DNA of 61,717 nucleotides, filler included. It is 3 parts of 3 records of this genome, joined end to end, with 100 filler letters (N's around TTAATTAATTAA, not from the genome) between each part and the next. Parts side by side here need not be neighbours in the genome. Positions count along the whole stretch, not along the records: positions 1 to 14,790 come from SRR20825006_138; 2 more parts are not named here. One strand, given 5' to 3'. The notes beneath the pieces are model-generated. The model worked only from the letters and a program-made list of their open reading frames with translations, did no database searches and had not been told where the DNA came from. Shown here one piece after another: positions 1 through 8,388 of the stretch. A program made the position numbers and the translations under genes. Numbering within the stretch: the stretch's first letter is position 1; each line of letters opens with the position of its first letter.

Positions 1-14
1 ACGCTCGCTTTCCG

Positions 15-98
15 ACCCCTCCCGCTGCACGGGCGGGGTTCTCAATGCGTTACTGGCGATGCACGTAAAAATTCACAACCTCCTTGAGGGGGTGTGAA
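15..98. repeat. Two extragenic hairpins (REP-like or terminator)
   Basis: ACCCCtCCCG-ctgca-CGGGcGGGGT at 15-39 and TTCACAaCCTCC-ttga-GGGGGTGTGAA at 72-98, downstream of the minus-strand gene ending at 206. Confidence 0.45.
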
Positions 99-205
99 GT
101 AAGTGCCATTCGGCTAACGCCAATCGGCTAATTGTTGTCATTCGGTATACGACTCAATCAGCAGGCTGTCACGCCTCGGGTTGCCGAGCAACCGAAGAAA
201 CCGGA

Positions 206-1036
206 TCACTCAGGTTGCCGGATCCAATGACGTTGCCGCTCCATCACGCTGGGGGCTGGCGGCATCGCTGGCATTTCGACATCTGGGATTCGAAAGGAAC
301 GCGTCCGAGCTGACTCTTGAGAGGAGGGCGAACGATGCAGATCCATCGTCGGCGGACGAAGAACTTGCTGCCGCGTATCCGGCCTCATTCGAGATTCAGG
401 AATCGAACTGGCCAACTGAGCCGGTGTCGACTCCTCGTGAACAGCCGGACTGGATGCCAAATTTGCCGACGCGGTCGTCGCGGATTGAGCTGCGACTTGT
501 TGCCCGCTTGGTGGCGACGCTCCGTGAACGCGAGCCTCTGCTTTGCCGATCGGCGGCATCGACTGACGTGGCAACGGATTCGAAGGCGATCCCGACAACG
601 CATTGAATCGTTGATCGGGGAAGTGGGGATTGCTCAGCGGAACCGCCAAGTCGTTGTATGTCAGCGGCAATCGACCGTCCCGGCGTGGACGAGCCGGCTG
701 GCGTGACGGAATTGTGTCCGGACCAGTTGCGGCAAAGGCGTCCGAACGCGAAGGAGCGGCAAAACCTTGGCTGGGCGGGTCCGGCAGATACTGATTGGGC
801 CAACCGTTCGATGCAGAACGACCGGAAGCCAGATCCGATTGACCGGCCAGCGAAGGTTCCGTGTCCCAAGGCGGATTGAGCGGAGCGGACGTGGCGATCG
901 CGAACGGTGCCGACGTCGGACCGGTTGCCAAAGCGTTGGGATCGGAAGACTCAGGATGAACCGCGTCGCGACGAAATGGAATTGCGGCGAGGAAGCCACC
1001 GACAACGATGATCGTGCCGAGGGTGAGATTTCGCAT
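206..1036 (-). CDS. Hypothetical Pro/Ser-rich protein with N-terminal signal/TM segment
   Basis: Within ORF 206..1189; likely start MRNLTLGTIIVVGGFLAAIPFRR at 1036; low-complexity body. Confidence 0.6.
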   Translation of the reverse strand: MRNLTLGTIIVVGGFLAAIPFRRDAVHPESSDPNALATGPTSAPFAIATSAPLNPPWDTEPSLAGQSDLASGRSASNGWPNQYLPDPPSQGFAAPSRSDAFAATGPDTIPSRQPARPRRDGRLPLTYNDLAVPLSNPHFPDQRFNALSGSPSNPLPRQSMPPIGKAEARVHGASPPSGQQVAAQSATTASANLASSPAVHEESTPAQLASSIPESRMRPDTRQQVLRPPTMDLHRSPSSQESARTRSFRIPDVEMPAMPPAPSVMERQRHWIRQPE

Positions 1037-1353
1037 GAGAAGGACTCGAAGGCTGGGGGGAAAAGAACATTCCAGCTTCGTCCATGAAATGGCACCGTCG
1101 ATCGCTTCATGCGGGTGCCTATCGAGTAGATCGGCACCGGGAGTCGCAATAGACGCAACAATTTCTCTGCCGACGCACGACCGCTGCAAACGAAAAGGTC
1201 CCGGGCGAATAGCTTCATCGACCGGAATAAACGGGCGCCAAGCAACCTTTAGCTCGCTGGTCTCCTACCGAGAGCTGACTGTTTTTTCAGTGCTCGGCTC
1301 GCTGGAGGGCCCCAGCGAGCGACGTCTTTACGAGCGACGGTCTTCGATCCGAA

Positions 1354-2115
1354 TCAGGCGGCTTGGGGTGTCGCTTCGGGGGTCACTTCGCGAATCGCGT
1401 TTGCGAGCACTCGCAGGACCTCGCGTCGACGACGGACCGGACGAGCTGCCCAAGCTCGATTCAGCACAACTTCAACGCCCAAGTAATGCACATCGTAAAA
1501 GTGCTTTCGCATCGCTTTCGTGAGCGAATCATTCGTCCCGCGGCCCGGATGATTTCGGCGGACACGAAGATCAGGCATCGCGAAATACAACTCGTCGGAT
1601 AGATCCAAGCACCAATCCAGCTCGTCGGCACGCCCGGGATCGTAGAGCAACCCCACGTCGCCACGCTGCCATTGCCCCGACGCTGATCGAGCCGCGAAAG
1701 TGCGAATGGACAGATGAACGACATACGGGAATTCCAGCAGCATGCCGCTCACCCGGCGCCGGACCGCATCCCGGTACGGGGTGCGAATCTCCGACAAAAT
1801 TGATTTTCGAATCTTCGCTGGCAACTTCCGAATCGCCGGTGGAAAAAGATTGCGGTGGTGGACCGATCGGCCGACATCCACCAAATCAGCCCGGAAGGGG
1901 TTTGCTATCAATTCGCACCCGGCGTGCTCAGCAATGATCCGAGAAGCAAAATGGGCGTCGCGATCGACCAGCGGCAATGACAGACGGGACGCCGGCGATG
2001 AGATGACCGCATCGACGCCTGCGAAGGTATTCTTCCACCCGGCATGTGCCAAAGGCTCGCGCAGTGATTCTGGGATCCGGTCGCCTCCGGAGTCGCAGGT
2101 CACTAAGAGAGCCAT
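1354..2115 (-). CDS. N-formylglutamate amidohydrolase-like protein (degenerate active site)
   Basis: Family-like blocks LLVTCDSGGDRIP, GDVGLLYDPGRADE, LRVRRNHPGRG, YLGVEV; starts 15 nt after the aroA stop. Confidence 0.7.
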   Translation of the reverse strand: MALLVTCDSGGDRIPESLREPLAHAGWKNTFAGVDAVISSPASRLSLPLVDRDAHFASRIIAEHAGCELIANPFRADLVDVGRSVHHRNLFPPAIRKLPAKIRKSILSEIRTPYRDAVRRRVSGMLLEFPYVVHLSIRTFAARSASGQWQRGDVGLLYDPGRADELDWCLDLSDELYFAMPDLRVRRNHPGRGTNDSLTKAMRKHFYDVHYLGVEVVLNRAWAARPVRRRREVLRVLANAIREVTPEATPQAA

Positions 2116-2130
2116 CTCTGTTCTCCCGGA

Positions 2131-3522
2131 TTATTCCGCCGTCCAGTGGTGTGCCCGGCCGATCAACTGCTCCAAATCCGACCAATAATTCGGATAGGTC
2201 TTGCCGGTGCAGGCGGGGTTTTCGATCTCGATCCCGCCAAGTCGCAGCCCCGCCAACGAAAAGCTCATCGCCATTCGGTGGTCGTGGTAAGTATCCAAGC
2301 GTACCGGACTTTCGTCGCTGACAGCGGGTTCACTCAACGGATGAATCGTCATCCCGTCGTCATGTTCCTGGATCGTCGCCCCAAGCTTTCGAAGCTCGCT
2401 GGCCAGATCGCCAATCCGGTCAGTCTCTTTGAACCGATTGTGAGCGACGCCACGAACGCGCGTTGGCGAATTAGCGAACAACGCCACCATCGCCAACGTT
2501 TGAACCGTGTCGCTGATCGCATTCATGTCGACATCGACACCGCGAAGCTGGCCGCCGGGCAAATTCGTTGCGATCACGCGGATCGAATCTTCACCTTCTT
2601 CGATTTGGCAACCCATCATTTCCAAGACATCGACAAATGCGACGTCGCCCTGAGTTGCTGCTCGACTCAGCCCGTTCACGGTGACATCGCCGCCGGAGAT
2701 TGCCGCGGCCGCCCAGAAATAACTGGCTGCCGAAGCATCGGGTTCAATTGACCAACCAATCGCGTCGTAGTCGCCAGAGATTTGAACCAGAACATCGTCC
2801 TGAGCAGCCGCCGGCCACTGCAATTCGACAGACGCACCAAAGACCTGCATCGCATCGGCGGTCATCTCAACGTAGGGACGCGAGACCAATTCGCCGACGA
2901 CTCGGATCGTAACGGGCTGGTTCGAGCGACGACTGGCCAGCGGCGCGGCCATCATCAAACCGCTCAGATATTGACTGCTCACACTGCCGGCAACGCTCAG
3001 CTCATGCTTCGCCCACCCCGCCGTTTGAATATGAACGGGCGGACAACCGCCTTCGGAGACCGCTTCGATGCGACCGTCAACGACTGGCGAAAGAGCGTCC
3101 ACCAAATCTCCGATGGGACGCTCGTGCATGCGGGGGACACCCGACAGAACATAGTTGCCACCCAGAGCGGACAAAGCGGCGGTCAAAAACCGGACCGTCG
3201 TTCCGCTGTTAGCGATGTACAAATCGTACGGCGAGTCCGATTCCGGTGCGGACTGGACGCCGGTGACCACGAGGGTTCGTCCGGCATCATGCGACTCGAT
3301 TTCGACACCAATCTTACGGAGCGAATCCGTCATGACATGGGTGTCTTCGCTGACCAAGGCACCTTCTAGCTGACTGGTGCCACGACCGAAGGCGGCCATC
3401 AACAGGGCTCGATTGGTCAGACTCTTGCTACCGGGAGGCCGAATAGAACCGCAGACTGGACCACCGGGAATGACTCGGACAGTGGCGATCGCGTCGGACG
3501 GTGATTCGGTGGTCGAGTTCAT
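2131..3522 (-). CDS. aroA: 3-phosphoshikimate 1-carboxyvinyltransferase (EPSP synthase)
   Basis: PGSKSLTNR, NSGTTVRF, SSQYLSGL, KETDRI, DHRMAMSF motifs; start MNSTTES at 3522 overlaps the upstream stop (ATGA). Confidence 0.95.
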   Translation of the reverse strand: MNSTTESPSDAIATVRVIPGGPVCGSIRPPGSKSLTNRALLMAAFGRGTSQLEGALVSEDTHVMTDSLRKIGVEIESHDAGRTLVVTGVQSAPESDSPYDLYIANSGTTVRFLTAALSALGGNYVLSGVPRMHERPIGDLVDALSPVVDGRIEAVSEGGCPPVHIQTAGWAKHELSVAGSVSSQYLSGLMMAAPLASRRSNQPVTIRVVGELVSRPYVEMTADAMQVFGASVELQWPAAAQDDVLVQISGDYDAIGWSIEPDASAASYFWAAAAISGGDVTVNGLSRAATQGDVAFVDVLEMMGCQIEEGEDSIRVIATNLPGGQLRGVDVDMNAISDTVQTLAMVALFANSPTRVRGVAHNRFKETDRIGDLASELRKLGATIQEHDDGMTIHPLSEPAVSDESPVRLDTYHDHRMAMSFSLAGLRLGGIEIENPACTGKTYPNYWSDLEQLIGRAHHWTAE

Positions 3523-3833
3523 GAACCGGCTAGAGTCGGGTGTTCGGGTGAGGACGAAGTCCGGGGTGGATGCTGCCCGGGAATCCAAAGGGATCCAACA
3601 ATCATGACCGCCAAGGTCACCGTGTGGATCAACCAAGTCGGTTCGCTGGTGGTCACGGTATGGGCCGTGATCACGCTCATCATAACCAATAATGCCAAAA
3701 AACGCCGTTCAGCACGACGGGCCGCAGCTCCCACGGACAATTTACTGACCATCAACATGATCAATGCGATCAAAGGCAATCCGATGGCACTGGTGGCGGT
3801 CGCCAAAAAAATTAACTGAGGCATCACTGGCAT
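3519..3833 (-). CDS. Small membrane protein (about 3 TM helices)
   Basis: Hydrophobic segments; ATGA overlap with aroA; start at 3833 or 3824. Confidence 0.65.
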   Translation of the reverse strand: MPVMPQLIFLATATSAIGLPLIALIMLMVSKLSVGAAARRAERRFLALLVMMSVITAHTVTTSEPTWLIHTVTLAVMIVGSLWIPGQHPPRTSSSPEHPTLAGS

Positions 3834-4191
3834 CCTGCGTGAAGCGGAACAAAAAGAAGAGACCGGTTGAGAGCGTTCCTTGCTCGCCGGGAACGCTCTT
3901 GTCACATGTTTGCCCCGGTTCGTGGAAGAGCGAACTTGAGCGGAACTTCAAAATTTTTGCCGGAAAATTCGGACCAACCGAAATAATCGACAAAAACTCC
4001 CCAAATTACCTCACCCGAAATCTGCTGGATTCCGATAGGGATGGTGGAGGGTTTTGTGTCCTGACGTTTTTGCAAACCGCTTGCCAATCGTCGAGCTCAA
4101 GCCCCGGGAAATGGATGCCGGAAGCAATTGTTTCCGTTCGCCCGCCTTCCCACCCGTCACAACCTCCCCCCTTTCACCTCTCCGAACCCAC

Positions 4192-4662
4192 ATGTCCGCT
4201 CGAAGAACCGCCTCTGCCGTTTTTTCGCTGATCTTGCTGGTCACGCTGGTGGTCCCATCAACCGGCTGCCGATTGTGCGGTGATTGCGATATGGATGCCT
4301 ATCCAGCTTATGGCGGAGCTTGGGAAAGAACGCTTCGCGAAACGGGGCGGGTCGGCAGTGTCTTCGATCCCGGTGGCGTGCGAGCGGCTGATATCGAGGC
4401 CCGGACCGATCCGGAAGCCGCCGATCGCCGAATCCGCGCCCAATCGCGGTACGACAACGATGGCTCATCCGATTCGGGTGAAGATCGTCAAAAGAAGTCC
4501 GACGACGAGCAACGGAAGCTTGACGAAGAGACTCGCGACAACGACAAAACGCCGGAACAACAGAAAGCAGAGCTCGAGGAACTGGAAAAGCGTCTGGAGG
4601 GCCTGAATTTGCAAGATATCCGTTACGTCGAACCACGCGAAAACCAATCGGATTGGAATTAG
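4192..4662 (+). CDS. Hypothetical lipoprotein with Cys-rich N-terminus and charged coiled-coil tail
   Basis: MSARRTASAVFSLILLVTLVVPSTG-C lipobox-like signal, then CRLCGDCD. Confidence 0.7.
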   Translation: MSARRTASAVFSLILLVTLVVPSTGCRLCGDCDMDAYPAYGGAWERTLRETGRVGSVFDPGGVRAADIEARTDPEAADRRIRAQSRYDNDGSSDSGEDRQKKSDDEQRKLDEETRDNDKTPEQQKAELEELEKRLEGLNLQDIRYVEPRENQSDWN

Positions 4663-4698
4663 CAAGCTTCGGCGGCTCCTAAAACAAAGCCCCTGTGC

Positions 4699-5661
4699 GT
4701 GAAATTCGATCCCCGCAAGCTCGTCGGCCCGTTCATGGCGTTGCTGCTGTTCGGCTTGGCCGTCCGGCTGCTGATCGGCGAAGCCCAAAAGGTGTCGTGG
4801 GATGACTTCGTCGCTGGTTTGACCGGCGTCCCCACCGCCTACCTGATCATCGCGACATTCCTGGTCGCTCTGAACTACGGACTGCTGATCTGCTACGACA
4901 TTTTGGCACTCCGATACGTTTGCCGGGCACTTCCATTGCGACGGGTGTCGTTGGTCGCGTTTCTTGGCTACGCTTTGGGAAACAACCTGGGCACGCTGCT
5001 GGCCGCCGCTCCGATCCGCTATCGGTTCTACCACCGTTGGGGCCTGACGCACCGGCAGATTGTTGCCCTGATGAGCGTTCTGGCGTTGACGTTCTGGTCG
5101 GGCGTCTGCGTGCTGGGCGGAGTCGTTTTGGTCCTGCACCCCATCGAACTGCCCGCCAAGTTTGATCTGCCCTTCGGTGTGCGAACGCTGGGCGCCATCC
5201 TGCTGTCGATTGCCGTTTTTTACGCAGTCATTTGCTTGGTATGGCACAAACCATGGCCGATTGGAAAGCTGCATCTTCGGCCACCAAGCCTGGGACTTGC
5301 GACCGCACAGGCCTCCGTCGCAATCGTTGACCTGACAATCTCCGCCACGGCACTCTACTTGGTGATGCCCGGTGACGCGGTCGTTCCATTTCCAACCGTA
5401 TTGGCAGCGTATTTGGTGGGAATTACGGTTTCGCTGATCACGCAGGTCCCCGGCGGACTGGGAGTCCTCGAGCTGATCCTTTGGACGCTTCTGAAAGACA
5501 CCGTCGGAAAACCCGTGCTCGCATCCGTTCTCATCTTTCGCGTTATCTACTACATTTTGCCGCTACTGGTCGGAATGGTTGTTTTGGTCGCGCATGAGAT
5601 CTACAGCGGCGCGATGGAAGCACGCCACGATGCCGAAGCCTTTGATTCCACCACCACCTAA
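4699..5661 (+). CDS. Lysylphosphatidylglycerol synthase TM (MprF flippase-like, UPF0104) domain protein
   Basis: Multi-TM; YDILAL, GNNLG, RYRFYHRWGL, QVPGGLGVLE, FRVIYYILPL motifs; GTG start. Confidence 0.85.
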   Translation: MKFDPRKLVGPFMALLLFGLAVRLLIGEAQKVSWDDFVAGLTGVPTAYLIIATFLVALNYGLLICYDILALRYVCRALPLRRVSLVAFLGYALGNNLGTLLAAAPIRYRFYHRWGLTHRQIVALMSVLALTFWSGVCVLGGVVLVLHPIELPAKFDLPFGVRTLGAILLSIAVFYAVICLVWHKPWPIGKLHLRPPSLGLATAQASVAIVDLTISATALYLVMPGDAVVPFPTVLAAYLVGITVSLITQVPGGLGVLELILWTLLKDTVGKPVLASVLIFRVIYYILPLLVGMVVLVAHEIYSGAMEARHDAEAFDSTTT

Positions 5662-5924
5662 CGTTCTACTGAGCGTGCGCCGGTTGGTAATTTGAGCCAA
5701 ATTCGTGTCATTGCACCAACCAAATTGCCGGTTTGCTGCGTAGAACGATGCGATAAAATAGATGCGGATGCGGAGCATGCTTGAGCATTCACCATGCGTT
5801 TGCATCTCGTCATTGTGAATGAACACTATTCGAGCGATTAAACGAGCGAGTCCTGTTCTCACCGCTACGCTGCTTCTACCCACCTCAATTGCCCCTTCCT
5901 TGCTTTCAACCACAAGGCCGAACG

Positions 5925-6629
5925 ATGCCACTGCTCTCAAAGCCTCTTTGGAAACACGTTTTTGGACTCGCGATTGCGGGCGGCCTCGTTTTCGCGGTCG
6001 CCGGATGCGGTGAGCCAATGGCATCGACCCAGGCGAATGACGCTCCGGTGACGAAGTCTTCTGGCACAAAATCAGGTGACACCGAAAAAACCGCCAAGAC
6101 TGAAACGGCGTCGACAAGCAAGAAGACCACGCCTCTCCTCACCCACAACCGATATGAGCTGAAGATGGATTCGAGCCCGTTCAACAAGCTAACCGAAGCG
6201 GAAGCCTACGTGATTTTGCACAAGGGCACCGAACCACCTGGAGATGGCGGCTACACACTGACCAAAGACCCGGGCACGTATATCTGCAAACGCTGCAACA
6301 CACCGCTGTATCACGCGAAAGACAAATTCATCAGCCACTGCGGTTGGCCCAGTTTCGATGATGAAATCGAAGGTGCGGTCAAGCGCCAACGCGATGCCGA
6401 TGGTCGCCGAATCGAAATCGTTTGTGCCAATTGCGACGGTCACCTCGGTCACGTTTTTCACGGCGAACGTCTGACGCCCAAAAACGAGCGTCATTGCGTG
6501 AACTCCATTTCGATGAAGTTTATCCCGGAAGGCAAAGAAATGCCAAAGCCGATCAAAGCCAGCGACGTGAAGAAAGCCGAAAAGGCGATGGAGTCGAAAG
6601 CGGCCAAGAAAGAGACCGCTGCCGAGTAA
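5925..6629 (+). CDS. msrB: Methionine-R-sulfoxide reductase with lipoprotein signal
   Basis: KGTEPP, CKRC and CANC Zn pairs, GWPSF, HLGHVF, RHCVNS; N-terminal ...LVFAVAG-C lipobox. Confidence 0.9.
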   Translation: MPLLSKPLWKHVFGLAIAGGLVFAVAGCGEPMASTQANDAPVTKSSGTKSGDTEKTAKTETASTSKKTTPLLTHNRYELKMDSSPFNKLTEAEAYVILHKGTEPPGDGGYTLTKDPGTYICKRCNTPLYHAKDKFISHCGWPSFDDEIEGAVKRQRDADGRRIEIVCANCDGHLGHVFHGERLTPKNERHCVNSISMKFIPEGKEMPKPIKASDVKKAEKAMESKAAKKETAAE

Positions 6630-6651
6630 TCTTCGCTCGATCTAAAGGTCT

Positions 6652-7554
6652 TCACTCGATCCAATCAAGTGATTTTAGAAACGCGACCGTCTTCTCCATC
6701 GTGTCGCGATAAATCTTTCCTCCCCCATCGGTCTTCTTCGCGTTGAAGAAACCATGGGGCTGGCCTTCGTAGAGATGCAGCTCACTGCGAACGCCAACTT
6801 CTTTGCAGTCGTCGCGAAAACGCTCTGCGGTTGCAACTGGGATTAAGTTGTCTTTGGTTCCCAAGAAAACGATCGATGGTGGGTCATCTTTCGTGATGTT
6901 GTGAGCGGGCGAGTACTTCGCGAATTCGTCGCCGACGCGTGCCGTTCCCCATCCGCCGGGACCATTGTCGTAAACGGGATTGAACAGCAACATCGCCGCG
7001 GGTTTTCGCGAAGCTCCATCAACAACCTGGTCATCCATCGTGCCCAAGTAGGCTGCCAAATGACCGCCGGCGGAGCCACCACCGGAAGCCATCCGCTTGG
7101 GATCGATGCCAAATTTGCTGGCGTTTGCTCGGATATAACGAAACGCATCCGAGGCATCTTCCACACAGTTGTCCGGCGGAGTTTTGGACTTCTTGCCCAG
7201 CAAACGATACTTCACCCGAAAGCAAACCATTCCGTGACCGGCCAGTTCCTTGCTATGCAAAGCAAACTGCCCCGGCTTTCCACCCGTCCAACCACCGCCG
7301 TGGAAAAACACCGCGGCGGGACGAGAATCCTCGGCCGACCAATCCGCCGGTCGCGTCCAGTCGACGAACAGTTCCGTCGACTTTCCTGAGGAATCATCCG
7401 TGACTGTTTTGTAAATGAACTGGTCTTCCACCACATCGCTCGATGACGGCGCGTCGAGCGTGGCGTCTTGACCTAGAACGCGATCGCCACTTCCAAACGA
7501 TTGGCAAATGAGTGCGGTGGCAAAAACAAATGCAATCAAATGTCGGTGACTCAT
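6652..7554 (-). CDS. Secreted alpha/beta hydrolase (HSL-like esterase)
   Basis: FHGGGW oxyanion motif, GGSAGG nucleophile, D and HGFF catalytic residues; signal peptide from MSHRHLIAF. Confidence 0.85.
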   Translation of the reverse strand: MSHRHLIAFVFATALICQSFGSGDRVLGQDATLDAPSSSDVVEDQFIYKTVTDDSSGKSTELFVDWTRPADWSAEDSRPAAVFFHGGGWTGGKPGQFALHSKELAGHGMVCFRVKYRLLGKKSKTPPDNCVEDASDAFRYIRANASKFGIDPKRMASGGGSAGGHLAAYLGTMDDQVVDGASRKPAAMLLFNPVYDNGPGGWGTARVGDEFAKYSPAHNITKDDPPSIVFLGTKDNLIPVATAERFRDDCKEVGVRSELHLYEGQPHGFFNAKKTDGGGKIYRDTMEKTVAFLKSLDWIE

Positions 7555-7561
7555 CGTGTCC

Positions 7562-8026
7562 TCAGCTCTTTTGAAGTGCGTCGCGAATTTCTCGCAACAG
7601 TTGAATGTCCTCGCTCGGCTTGGCGACTTCTTCCTCTTCCGGTTCATCTTCCATTCGCGACCGAGCAGCGTTGATCAGCTTAATCGCTACGAACAAGGCT
7701 AGGGCGATCAACAGGAACTCAAAAATGGTTTGAGTGAATGGTCCGTAGTTCAAAATCGGATAATCCTGAACGACCAACCCGGCACCGTCGCCTTCGATGA
7801 TCTTGCCTGCATCGTCCAGCTTGGGCGACTCCGTTTCAATCGTTAGAGCGGCCTCTTTGAAGTTGACTCCGGAGCGAGCTGTCAACAGATTGATCGGAGG
7901 CATGATGATGTTATCAACCAATGATTTCACGATGCCGCTGAAGGCACCGCCGATGACAACGCCGACCGCCAAATCAATGACGCTGCCCTTGAGCGCAAAC
8001 TCTTTAAACTCTTGAACCAAACCCAT
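7562..8026 (-). CDS. mscL: Large-conductance mechanosensitive channel
   Basis: EFKEFALKGSVIDLAVGVVIGGAF ... NYGPF ... LLREIRDAL; GAGGGG RBS before ATG 8026. Confidence 0.95.
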   Translation of the reverse strand: MGLVQEFKEFALKGSVIDLAVGVVIGGAFSGIVKSLVDNIIMPPINLLTARSGVNFKEAALTIETESPKLDDAGKIIEGDGAGLVVQDYPILNYGPFTQTIFEFLLIALALFVAIKLINAARSRMEDEPEEEEVAKPSEDIQLLREIRDALQKS

Positions 8027-8388
8027 AACGTCCCCTCGCTCTTTTTGGTGTGCACCACATCCAACAAAACGCAAACACAACGCTTGCGATGAATGCGGAC
8101 AGACTAGGCGAGTGACACCTGTCTACCAAGCCACTGGCTTCAATTTGCATTTGCATCGTTGTTCAATTGAGCCTGCTTTTGAATAGTCAAAACCGCGACA
8201 GGATTGGCAACTTCAGAGGTGAGCCATCTTCCATTCCGGTGGCGTATTGGTGGTGAGGTTTCCGGAAACGACAGGCTCATCAATCGTCACCGCCAATGCC
8301 AAATCACGGATCAAATCAGCAAGTACACTGGCGATCTGGCGGACCGCGTCTTGAATGCTTCCCAAATATCACAACTGAGATGGACCCG

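Noticed and set aside
5760-5807. G-U-rich hairpin upstream of msrB
   Set aside because: It depends on several wobble pairs, has no U-tract or known motif, and is plausible by chance.
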